This document shows positions 35,276-49,869 of a DNA stretch of 64,000 nt, in pieces (the stretch's first letter is position 1; every line of letters begins with the position of its first letter). Source of the stretch: the human T2T-CHM13v2.0 reference genome, Homo sapiens; NCBI RefSeq assembly GCF_009914755.1, contig NC_060940.1, one strand, 5' to 3'. Both the position numbers and the translations under genes were made by a program. The notes beneath the pieces were generated by a model. The model saw only the letters and a program-made list of their open reading frames with translations, was not told the DNA's origin and made no database searches.

Positions 35276-35416
35276 GCTGTAGAAGCCGCCCAGCTGGCCG
35301 AGGACCTGAAGGTGCAGCTGGAGCACGTGCAGACTCGGCTGCGGGAGATCCAGCCCTGCCTGGCAGAGAGCCGGGCTGCTCGTGAGAAAGAGAGCTTCAA
35401 CCTCAAGAGGGCTCAG
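35276..35416 (+). CDS. RNF40: RNF40 exon 18
   Basis: [12 protein letters not shown]...FNLKRAQ. Confidence 0.95.
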
Positions 35417-35531
35417 GTGTGTGCAGGGGTGAGGGGCCAGGCCAGGGTGGTCCACGGTCACGGACCTATCCTGGGGGCAAGCGGCTCAAGGTTGAGGACC
35501 CTTGCCCTTAGCCAGGCCTCTCCTGCCCCAG

Positions 35532-35633
35532 GAGGACATCTCACGGCTGCGGCGCAAGCTGGAAAAGCAGAGGAAGGTGGAGGTCTACGCAGATGCCGAC
35601 GAAATCCTCCAGGAGGAGATCAAGGAGTACAAG
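35532..35633 (+). CDS. RNF40: RNF40 exon 19
   Basis: [15 protein letters not shown]...EIKEYK. Confidence 0.95.
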
Positions 35634-37380
35634 GTGGGGCTGTGGGCCAAGTTGTGCCCTATCCACCTGAGAATTGTAGATGCAGGATTGCTGAGACTAG
35701 TGGAGAGTCTGGGGACCCTGGAAGTAATGTAGGGCAGCAGAAAGTGGGCAGCACAGTGGTCACAGAGTCAAATGCTGTTTGCTGTACATGTACTGTGAGC
35801 CAGGCACAGTGCTTGGCTGGGTGTGGGTTGGGAGGCTAGGAACTGGCCCTGGTCTCTGACTTCTTGAAACTGACAGTCAGGGGAGGAGGCAGCCAAGTAA
35901 TTCTCTCATCCCAGATGTGTAATATGATGGCAGAGGCCAGAGGGGCTGAGGGGACTCAGGGGAGGCCCTTCCCCTGGCCCTGGGGTCAGCAGGCTTCCTG
36001 GAGTGAATGTCACCACAGCAGACCTGAAGAATAGGCCAGACGTGGCTGTGAGGAACGGGAGTGAGTAGCTTTAGGCAAAGGGAACAGCAGATGTGGACAC
36101 TTGAGCGGAGGGGTTGCTGGGACAGCACCGGAGGTTGTAATCAGAGGAGCCAATGTGGAGAGGTTGGGCCGTGTCACCTCCTGAAGAGTGCGGTACGCCA
36201 GGTTGAGACCTCAAAGGGTTTTAAACAGGAGAGTGATGTGGTTAGATTTGTTGTTGGTTTTGGGCTGGAAGAGGTAGACTGGAGGCAGGGAAATTGTTAA
36301 GGTATTGCAGTCACTGAGGCAGAAACCAGAGTAGATGGGTTCAGGAGACATTTCAGAGGCAGAATTGCTTGGACTCGGGGGTGGATCGAATGCATGGAGT
36401 GAGGGAAAGGGAACACTTGGAGGACTCCTGGTTTCCTGGTTTGAGAAACTAGGTGGATAGTTAGTACCATTTAGGGGGTTAGGAGGCCTGCGGGGGAGCA
36501 GGTTCTATGGGATGGTGTCAAAGGATGCTGAGAAGGTGCCTGTGGGACCCCTTTGGGAGGCTGGGAAGGTGCTCAAGGCAAAAGGGCCGGGCTGGAGAAC
36601 AGGCTTGGGGAATGTCAGTAGAGGCAGAGGTGGAAGCCACATATGACTTGGTCATCCCTTGGAAGCAGTTGAGCCTTGAAGGGCAGAGGCAGCTGGAGGC
36701 AGCCATGGGGTAGAGGCAGGCTTGGGAGCCTGTTCAGTGCTGGTGTGTAGGGTCCTGGGAGACAGGAGTGATGGCAGGGAGGCTGCTGAGGCGGCAGGCT
36801 GGGCTGGGATTTTAGCAGGCTGGAGGAGCACTGTTGGGGGATGCTGAGTTGAGTCAATCCATGTCTGGAGTTGGAGGTGAGACCCTCCTGGTGGCGGAAG
36901 AGAGGTCTCAGGCTAAGAAGGGACCCACGGCAGGGTCTCTGGCCAGTGTCGAGGCTGGGCCCAGTTGAGGGTAGAGAGAACAGATTTCTAGTTGCATTGC
37001 CATTCCAGCTGTGACTTAGCAAGTGCAGGTGAAGAGGTAGACAAGATTGGGATTTCACCAGAGGCGGCCAGTGGGGCAGGAGATGAAGCCCCAAGGCAGA
37101 GTCCAGGCTGGGCCTGTGGGTCCTTGTCCTTTTGAGGGGACACATGATAGCCATCACTGCCCAGTGATGAATCCGGACTCTGCTGATTTCTAGTGTTGAG
37201 ACCTTGGCCTCTGCACCTCAGTTTGCTCATTCATAGAGTGCTCGTCCTTACCTCCAGGGTTATGGGAGGATGAGGTGCAGTCTCCAGTGTGGTGGGCTTG
37301 GCCTGGACTCCTCCTGCTGTCAGCTTGGGGTCTGGGCACTGTCAGAGTTGTTCCCAAGCTGATGCCTTTGCCTGGCCCAG

Positions 37381-37557
37381 GCGCGGTTGACCTGCCCCTG
37401 CTGTAACACCCGCAAGAAGGATGCAGTCCTTACCAAGTGCTTCCACGTTTTCTGCTTCGAGTGCGTGCGGGGCCGCTATGAGGCCCGCCAGAGGAAGTGC
37501 CCCAAGTGCAACGCGGCCTTTGGTGCCCACGACTTCCATCGTATCTACATCAGCTGA
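37381..37557 (+). CDS. RNF40: RNF40 exon 20 (C3HC4 RING finger, stop)
   Basis: [61 protein letters not shown]; joined CDS is 3006 nt, 1001 aa. Confidence 0.97.
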   Translation, partial: ARLTCPCCNTRKKDAVLTKCFHVFCFECVRGRYEARQRKCPKCNAAFGAHDFHRIYIS

Positions 37558-38606
37558 ACCTGAAACTCAGGGGACTCTGGAACACCATGGACCCTGGGGG
37601 CTGTGCCCCCATCTCCTCCCCACCCCAGGTCTAGTGGCCCCACCCTCCATTCCGGACCCCATGGGCCCAGCCCCTGCCCATCTAGTTGGTTTGGGGACCC
37701 TGGTGCATGCTAGTGGGCATGGGATCAGCCAAGCTTCGTTCCATCTTTTCCTAAAGGTCAGAGCTGCAGCCTAGGGGGCACTGCCCTACAGAAAAGGTCT
37801 GCCTGAGAGGCCTGAGGAGCCCAGAGCACTTGACTGAGCTTCCCGGAAACTGGCCCTAACCTGTCTGTCTCCGTGGATGCATCCTAACCCTAAGGAAAAT
37901 TCCCCAGGCTGTGATCTACCCTAGAGAAGGCTCGCTCCCTGCCTACTGGCTCACAAATGAGGACCAGTGAGCCATGTCCTTGTTCCTTGTTTGAGACTGG
38001 GCTGCAGGCCCCAGGAAGACTTTCCTTCACCCACCATCCCCCTAACCTCGGCAGGGCTTCTGTCCTGTGGAGTTCCCTGGACACCTTGGTCTGGCTCTTG
38101 TGCCAAGGGCTGAAGGAGGTACCCTCTTGGCAGATGGGGGCATCACTTGCTTCCTTTGGGAAGCTCTAAGGTTGCTGCAGTCACCTTCCTCATCTTGCAG
38201 GTGCTGAACCAACATCATCAGTTTCTATTCTAATCAGGCCCCTTCCCAATCTCCATTTCTCTGCCAAGCCCATTTACCCCCACCTCATGCATCCCAAGGC
38301 TCTACTGGGTCCCTGGACCTAACCCTGCTTTCATCCTGGTGGCCTTAACTACAGTGGAGGTGGAACTTCCCAGGAGGGGAAGGGACAGACCAGCCCCAGC
38401 CGCTGGGCCAACTTCCAATCATTCCAGCTAGAAGAGCTTCCCCCTGACACCCTGTGACTGAGCCTGTGTCCTGTCTGCCTGCCCAGCCATGCTCCATCGG
38501 CTGTGAGGGCAGTGCCCGGAGAGGCCAGAGGGTTGGAGCTGCAGGGACCCGTTTGGACCCACAGCCTCTGTTCTAGAGATGCTTGTATAGGCTGTTAATT
38601 GTGATG

Positions 38607-38612
38607 AATAAA
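38607..38612 (+). terminator. RNF40: RNF40 polyadenylation signal
   Basis: AATAAA about 1.05 kb after the stop. Confidence 0.75.
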
Positions 38613-38639
38613 CGTTCAACCCTCGGCCTGCAGCCAGAG

Positions 38640-39610
38640 TAGCCAGGCCGCGCACCCCAAATGTAGTCCCCCGATTTTAGCTGCAGCAGCTGAGCAGCAC
38701 TTTGCTGGCTTGGTGTGAGCCTGGGAGGGCTCAGACTTAACGGCCGGCAGGGATCCCGGACTGGGCCTGAAGGGGAGAGCGTGGTGGTCGTCGCGGAGCC
38801 GCCTGTCCTGCTCCCACCGACCCCGGTCTGACCACGCCCTTGGCTGTCATGGCCGGGGGATGCCGGGACTCCTCGGGCTGCATCCTGGGAAGTGTAGTTC
38901 CTGGTCCGCACATGGTTAGGAGGTTCTCGGAGAGAGAGCTAGTTTCCCGGTTGCGCTGGCCAAAGGCCGGCCTGAACTGGATCCTGCGGACCGCTTCTCA
39001 GCGGCTTCACCCCCACACCACTCGAATGCACAGATCGGGACACCTCAGCTGGGTGACTTCCCTCGTTGCAATCGGCCTCGGGAGCGGTGCGGCGTGTACC
39101 GAGCGGCGCCCCTGGGCTCAGCGCGCTGCAGGCGCCCCGGGCGGATCCTTCACCGAGGCAGGACTGGGGCTGGCGCCAGAGCCGGTGCGGAGCGGTGTTG
39201 GTTCAGGCGCTGGCGACAGTGCTATGGCCACGGCAGGGGCCGCGTGCGTCTCAGCGGTGGCGCCTTCGGACCCTATTGGCGCCCGGGACTTAAGCGGGGC
39301 CGCCGCTGCTGGACCAGGACGAACTGGAGAAGGAGACGCGGGCCGCCACGGTGACCTCGGGCGTAGGGCCGGCGGCGGCGGGCACGCTGGTGGAAGCGCG
39401 GGCCGCGGCAGGGGAGGACATCGGGCCGCAGAGAAAGTGCCGATGGCCTGGGGCAGCGGTGCGAGGGTGGGAAAAACGCAGGATATTGCATCATAGAGAC
39501 GCGGCCACCTTCGCCCCTGGAGAGCGCCAGTCTCAGGAGCGCCGCACCGGTCACGGGTGGAGGTCAGCCAGGCCTCCGTAAGCGCGGTCCCCTTCCAGGA
39601 GTAGCCTTCG
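38640..39610. promoter_or_regulatory. Orphan CpG island with a ZNF143/ACTACA composite motif
   Basis: CpG-dense; TGCATCCTGGGAAGTGTAGT at 38879-38898 (reverse complement ACTACACTTCCCAGGATGCA). Confidence 0.7.
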
Positions 39611-39670
39611 CCTGGGCTCTTGAGTAGATGCCAAGTAATTCCGCATCGTCTCTCTAGATATCTGCGCTAA

Positions 39671-40138
<468 letters not shown>

Positions 40139-41912
40139 AGGAACCAAACTCTTAATAAACATTTCCCATGAGGCTCCGGTGCCGGGAGGATTTGCCTTAA
40201 TTTTTTGACTGCTTACCACCCCTAGTGGTCCCAGTGGCAGCGGTACCCTGGGCTGCTGCCCAGGGACTGGCAGACCAAAACTACTCCTGGGCCCACCCCG
40301 ACCGTGGCTGTCTTCTTGGGAGTGAACAGATGTTGGCATCAGTGGTGGACATGCCCGTTTCAGCCAGACCTTGGGCACTGCCTGTGATTGGCCAGTGGGT
40401 TGCCTGATGTAGACCGCTCTCTTCTCAAAACTTCCCTTGCATCCGACGGTGCTACGCTGTCCTGTCCTGGTTTTTCTCATACTGTCTTCTGCTGGTCCTC
40501 TTCCTCCACCCCTAAACTAGACCTTCTACTTTGCCACTTTGTGTGTGTTTATTCATGGTTATGGCTATAGCTAAGCTGATAAGGACCTAACTGCTCCAGC
40601 CACTCCTCTTTCCTGAGCTCCAGACCTGGAGAATCACCACTGTTCTTGTGGAGAGAAGAGAGATCATGTCACTCTCAAATATCCCCAAGTGGTACCTTCC
40701 CCGAGCTCCTCCAGGGGCTCCACACTGTGGGCTCTGCTCTCTGCCTCTGTCTTCCCATAGTCCCCTCTCTGCTCTAAGCCCATACCCAACTGTTATGCAC
40801 CCCTGTCCTCCATCCCACCCCCAGCCGATACACCTACTCTTGGGTCTTCTTGCAGCCCTCATCCTTCAGGTCACTTTCCCCGGAAAGCTTCCTGACCCTC
40901 CACTGTGGCAGGCACCATCTCTGGGTCCACAGCCCTTCTGCGAAATCTCTGAGGCAGTCACTGCCCTGTGTCTGCTCTTCTGCTGTAGTCACTTTCCTGC
41001 AGATTTCTCCAGCACTGGGACTCCTGATAGACCTCAGTGTCCCCAGGGCTTGGCACACAGAGAATGTAGAGTAGCCTTCATTACTTGCTTCTCCTCTCCT
41101 CCCACCCCCCTTTCCAGGTGGGGAAGGGAAGGAGACACTGAACCTGCCCTGGGTTGTGGTCAGAGGGGTACAGGAAAGGTGGGGAGACACTTTCTGGCTG
41201 GGGCAGGATTCCCCCAATCCCCCATGGCCAGGCCCAGGGCCCAGGAGACTGAGCACTGAGGCAGGCCTGAGATTGGGATGGAGTGGGCACAAAACATGCT
41301 TGAGTTCCTGGCCATTCTGGTTTCCTTCACGGACTTGCTGTGGATCTTGGGCAATTGGCTGCCCTTCTCTGAGCCTCGCCTCTCCACACAGTGAGGGCAC
41401 AAGGGCTGACATCCTGGCAGTGATGACAAGCCAGGTCTCCACCCACCTCTCCCAGGGTCCCCAAGTGAACCAGGAGTGGTGGATGCCAGCTTCTGAAACT
41501 AGATCCTCAGAACTTCCCTGTGGCAGGTTGCGGGTATGGTGGTCAGAGAGGCCTCCCTGGGGCTGCACAGCTGGGCCTGAGCTGGCCAGCGCCAGAGCCA
41601 CCAGGCGGCCACTCTGCAGTCCTGCTGGTGGGAAGGCCAGGCACCGATGAGAACAGCTTAGCTTGGCTGCCATCTCATCAGATTTATCCCTTTCCGCACC
41701 AAGGGACTGCAGCTTAAAACTTCATAAACTCTTCAGCTTCCCACAAGCCAGCAATGGATGGGGATTTTAGGGCCCCTGGGTGAAGGGTGGGCCTGGGGCT
41801 GGGCTGAGCTTTTGCAGTCACTCCTGGGCTCCGGCTTAAGGTGAGGCCACACTCTTTCAGCTCACTTTAGGCTGAAAGAAAAAACAAGAAACACCCAGGA
41901 AATCTTATTCCC

Positions 41913-41918
41913 TTTATT
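41913..41918 (-). terminator. ZNF629: ZNF629 polyadenylation signal (3' UTR about 3.2 kb)
   Basis: TTTATT on +, with U-rich downstream element on the minus strand. Confidence 0.65.
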
Positions 41919-44900
41919 CTCTTCAACTAAGCAACATGACCACCAGTGACACAACACTGTTTTGGACACACAACACTCAAAAATGGGGCCTCTCTTCACT
42001 CCATGGGGACAAGTCCGGTGACTGGGGCTTCCCTAGTGAGGGCAAAGGAGTCTGGGAGCTGCTGACCTCAGGGCAGGTCATGGAACCCCACCTCTTGGCT
42101 GTGATGGCTTCAAGTTTCCCCACCATTCAGGATTCATGCCCAGTTCCAAGTTCCCATCTGACCTCCATGTCCATAGCAGTTTCAAGTTTCACTCTAAGCT
42201 CTCCCCTCTGCTTTCCCCACTGACTCCCTGACCCTATCTGTTGGGCTCCTCCCTCCACCAGGGCGTTTCTGAGGGGCCTGGGGCCTGCATGTGATTGGAC
42301 AAGAGGGTTTGGCTGCACAGTGCCTTCCAGACTCAGTTGTGGTGAGCAAATGCTTTGACCCCTGGGCCTTCATCTGAGCCGATCTGAGCAACTCTAGCCA
42401 CTGCCACCTCCCTGCTTCAATCCTCCCAAGACGTAGCTCACTCTGGGAGGGAAGCTCCTGGTTAAAGGAGCTTGGGGAGGTGGGCAAGAGAGAACACGCC
42501 ACACCCCAGAGGTATCGAACCCTGCCCCTTTCCTACCGCAAGACGCCTGACCCTACGAACTGTGCGCTCACATCATCCATCCCGTACAAGAGCCAAGCCC
42601 CTTAGCCCTCACCCATCCCTACAACATGTGAGCATCCTACTAAATATGCTACACCCTAGTCCGAAACAGGCCTGCGCCGGCCTTCAGTCACACTGCCTGC
42701 CTCCCCCCAGACTGGCCTCTGAGCCCCAAAAGCTGCTCCCCAGGCCTCTTCTGGGAACAGATTCCTTAGGCCTGTTTTTGAGAGCATCTGCTTCTGGCTT
42801 TGCGAGAGGTTTGTCTTTACAACTTCAGTTTCTGCTACCATCTTGGGGAGGGGGACATCTCCTTAGACTTGGCAGACTTCTCATTCTTACAGGGCACCCC
42901 CTTCGTTGGCGTTCTGTTAGGAAGAGACCCACAGGCAGCACCCCCCTCAGTAGTGCTTCCCTTCCTGGCACTTGGATAGGCTGGGGCGTTATGCAGATGG
43001 CAACATGGTTCTCCGCACAATCCTGAGGCCTGCCTTCTCCCTCTCCCCAGCAGGCCTGGCGTTTTCCTCCCACAATGTTTGAGATTTTGATCCTTTTAAA
43101 TGTGAGGGTCATCCTGCTGGGGCCAGGATAGACAAATGGCGAAGGATTTGCATAAAGGTTGTGTGAAACTTTAGGTCATGGAATTAGAGGTCTCTTCCAC
43201 AGCTTTGCAAAAATCTGGGTCACCCCTCTCTTGAGACGTGACTCCTGACGGGCCCCACAGCTGGCATCTCAGTCCTCTTACTCCAGGACAGCGCATTACT
43301 GGGGTTGGCAAGCACTTCCTTTCTGACCCAGCGCTGAGCAGAGTCCTCTCCTTTTGAAGGGGTCTCCAGGATTAGGGAGTGGGAGTCTTGTTACAGATGT
43401 TTCATTCAAGAGTTTTCTGTCTTCCACCATCTCATAGGGCAACAGTCTCTCCCCAGCCACATATGCCCAGGCCTGTGAGCAGGCTTGGCTGTTTATGAAT
43501 GTGTAACTGTGTGGTGTGGGAGGTGAGATGGGCCTGGCAAGGGAGGCTTTCTCATCCTTCTGTTTCCTTCTGAAGGTTTCTGGCCAAGGAGGAGAGGGGA
43601 GCCAAGTGAGTGGAATCCATCCCATCCATCTCAAGGCTGAGATTGGGCTGGATCTCACAACCCTGGAGGGCTCCAGGTACCAGGGTGAAGAGGGTGATAC
43701 GGCCTCTGCGGACTCTTCAGGGACCTGTGGCTCAGTCTGTGGGGTGTCTGGATCCCCACCAGGGAGGAGGGCTGCCTTATCCTGCGGGGCAGCCTTGCTA
43801 CCAACAAAGATGAATAGCTGAAGTTTAAAATCAAGTTGCTGGCTAATCAAAGCTTTCTAAGAAATTCTGTGGCCCTGATGACTTGGAGAAGGCTGGGGAG
43901 GCCCACACGCAGGCCCTAAGTCTCTGAAGGGCTTTATTCTTTGGAGGTCGACTAGCAGCGGTTCTCCCTCTCCACTGAGGACAGAATTTGAGGAAATGAG
44001 CTGCCACTGGCGGCAGTTAGATTTCAGGAAAAACCTCCTGAAGGTGAGACCTGAGAATGTGGTGGGAGGCAACCGCCATCCCTGGAGGCCTTGCAGAGTA
44101 GAAGTCCCTGGCTGGGCAGGGAGAAAGGGTGGTCCTGCCTGGTGTGGGGAGAACCCTTGCACTCTGAGAGCTGGGACCTGCCTGCTACTTGCAGTTTCGC
44201 AAGCTTCCGGAAGCAAGAAGGGGCCTGGAGTTAGCTGGGTTCCATGTGAGCAGTTTCCCCACCTTGGTTTGCTCCCCTCAAAGCAATCTAACAGAAACTG
44301 CCCCCTGCTTCCCCCTAATTTTTGTGGTGGTTTCTCAGTATTCTTATACTGACCATGTTTCTGCACCCCAAACTTCAGCCTTTAAAAAGGCTTGCCAATT
44401 TGTTTTTTCTTCCCCATTTTGGGGTTTTGATAAGGGATTCCATAGGCCTCTTTCCCTAAAACACACAATGCATCTAACATTGTCCTCAAACCCCAAGGAC
44501 CCCAGTGCAGTGAGTGGGACCTTTTCTTCCTAGTCTCTGTCTTATCTCCTCTGGGGGCTCCAGAGCCCCTGGTCACTTATTTTTCTCCTATTTTCTTCCT
44601 TTTCAGTTCCACCCAGTTCCCACACCACTCCCCCAGCTGAGCATCTTCCTCCATGAGAACTGTCCAGGGCTGCTGGGAGAGAACATTGTGGAACAGTGAG
44701 GGAGAGGTGTTTTCTGCATCATCTGAGGGTCGTTACTCCCGGGTCAGTGCCATTGCGGTACTTCCCCGACCCTATAGGATTTTCCTAAGGATTTTGATAC
44801 AATTTTATAGGGTTGTTCAGAGACATATTGGGACCTCTTCCTACAATTAATAGGGCTTTTATCCACTATGGTTTATAGGGTTTTTCTGCTACAGACTTAA

Positions 44901-45160
44901 AGGGCTTTTTTTTTTCCTACATATTTATAGGGTTTCTAACCCAACAGTTTTTCTCTACTGCCTTATAAGTGCTTCCCACCAACAATTTTATAGGGTTTCT
45001 CATCACTGATGTAAAAGCACTATTTTTTCCCAGGGTTCTTTCTCCTCCACTCCACTACCATCTGATAGGGTTATCCTCCCTTCCCCATGTAATTTTTTTG
45101 GGGGAAAAAATCCAGTGTTCCTCTCTGGAGAGAGCGAGGCCCCTGGTCTCCAGACCCATT

Positions 45161-47716
<2,556 letters not shown>

Positions 47717-47852
47717 CTACAGCCCCCAGCCCCTTTCAGAACACGGGGTTTGGTCTCTCTTCCCTCCCCCGGGTGTCCCCCAGAGTCCAGGCCCCTCCCT
47801 GAGCCGGGACCACCGTCTTGCCGGGACCGCAGCCCCTTCTTGTGCCCCTCAC

Positions 47853-47925
47853 CTCTGTGAGCATCGTTGGGGCTCTGTTCCGGACCCTGCAGATCCGGGC
47901 CCCACAGCGCAGTCTCGGGCTCCAT
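47853..47925 (-). CDS. ZNF629: ZNF629 first coding exon (exon spans 47853-47958)
   Basis: MEPETALWGPDLQGPEQSPNDAHR, donor G|GTGAG; phase 1 joins GAESENEEE. Confidence 0.9.
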
Positions 47926-49302
47926 CCCAGAGCTCAGGACTGCAGTGTTCCAGGGACCCTGCGGGGGAAGACAGCGATGAGCGCACACTGGGAGCTGATT
48001 TTGCACTTTGCTTTATTCCCCCTGAACCTCACTCCCACCCTGCCCCGCCCCATTCCTCCTTGTGTGAACTTCAGTGTCCTCCCACCCCATTTTTCTGGGC
48101 ACGGGTTCTTGCTGTGGCCCCCTTCCCCTGCAGGCCTGATTCTCACTCCAGATCTTAAGCGCACAGCTAAGCAAGCAGGTGAATTTAAGAGCGTAATTAA
48201 AAACTCATCACTCATAAGCCTTTGAACCCAGGATGGGGGCTGGAGCGGTCTCTGACATCCACAGGGGAAGGAGTTTTTCACCCCATACCTCTGATGCCCA
48301 GAGGCTGGGAAACCTGTTATTTGCTAATCAGAGGAAGCTCATTAAGACTCTAATTTTCCTCTTAATGGGGCTGCTAATTGAGACCAATAAACTTTTCTGT
48401 GCCCCAGAGTGAACCGAGGCTGCCTGAGACACTTAAAGGGTTAAGAAAAAAAAACACCCCAGTTTCCCAGAGGAGACAGAGGCCCTCTAAAAGGACTGGG
48501 GCACTTTCCTGTTATCCAAGCACAGAAAGAGGGTCAGGCTGGAGGTGGGGAGAGGGGCAGTTTAAAGCTGCATCTGCAGGAACCGCCCAGAGGAAGAGAA
48601 AAAGTAAGGAGAAGGGGAGGATGGATGCTTGTGTGAACACCTGCGGCAGACCCAGTGCCTGCCATGGTGTCATTTCTCTCACCCAGTCCTCCCACAGCCT
48701 GGTGAGGAGACCCAGGAATCAGGCTGTCCATTTTACAGATTAGTACATCAATGCCTGGGGAAACCTCTCCAAGGTCAAGGCTGGGAAGTGGCAGAGCTAA
48801 GATGATAAAAGCAGGGCTCCATATCTGGCTCACCCCTGTCTCTGAGAGCACGAGGTGACCTTGGGAGTCATGTGAGACTCATGCTCGTGGGAGGCTGGCA
48901 GGAGACAGGTGATGAGGACAGCTCATGGGGAGCCTGCTGGCAGTGAGAATAGGCTGGAGAAATTCCTGGGACCCAGAGGTTTCCCAGGCTAGAAAAGGAG
49001 GAGTTGGACCCAGGGACTAGGCCTGCTGGTCTGCACCCATGAGCTGGAACCATACTCCCCACCAAAGCCCTCCTATCCCCACTCCTGCCCGGACCCTCCT
49101 TCTACTCCTTTTGTCCTGCTTTCTTGAGGCTGTTTCCCAAGCCTAGCCTGGCACTGAATAGGTGCTCCAGAAACTTTGTTGAATGAATGAATGAGTGAGA
49201 TGTCCCTAGCCCCTGGAACACCTGTTTGGTCTAATGCCTTTAAAGATCAGTTTGCAAGGGGATGGCAGCAAAGGAGCAGGAGTTCCAAGTGGCCCCCTGG
49301 TA

Positions 49303-49305
49303 AAA

Positions 49306-49352
<47 letters not shown>
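49303..49352 (+). repeat. (TAAA)n microsatellite
   Basis: Read directly from the sequence. Confidence 0.95.
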
Positions 49353-49869
49353 AAACAGCCAGCTGTCACTCCAAAAATGGTGAGATGAGTTCAGGATGAG
49401 GGAATGGGGCCACAGGAACAAAGCGCTTGAAGGAGGTCCCACACCATTTACACCCTGCAGAGAATCCCTGGGTGGGGCCTGGAAACTTTGGATGGCTGTG
49501 TGAGGTGGGCGCTGTGTGCACAGGGGCAGTGGGGCAAGGGAGACATGGCAGGAGGCGCTGAGAGGTGACCAAGGTGAAGCAAGACTGGCTGCACCCTGCC
49601 AAAGAGCGGTAGGAGAGACAGAAGTTAGCGTTTAGGAAGTAAATTAATTTCTTCATCTCTGCAGCTACTTAAGCTCCGAGAATCCCCCCTCCCCGCCTGT
49701 AAGTGTCTTTGGGGTGGTGGAAGCGGAGACCTCTGCCACACTGGGGGCTGCCTGATGTCCGGTCCGGGAAGGATGCCCTGCTGTGTTTGCTCGGGACAGG
49801 TAAGAGTTTGTGGACCTCGATGGTCTCCAAAAAATTCTCCCCTAGTGGTCCAGAGTAGGAGGGAAAGGG

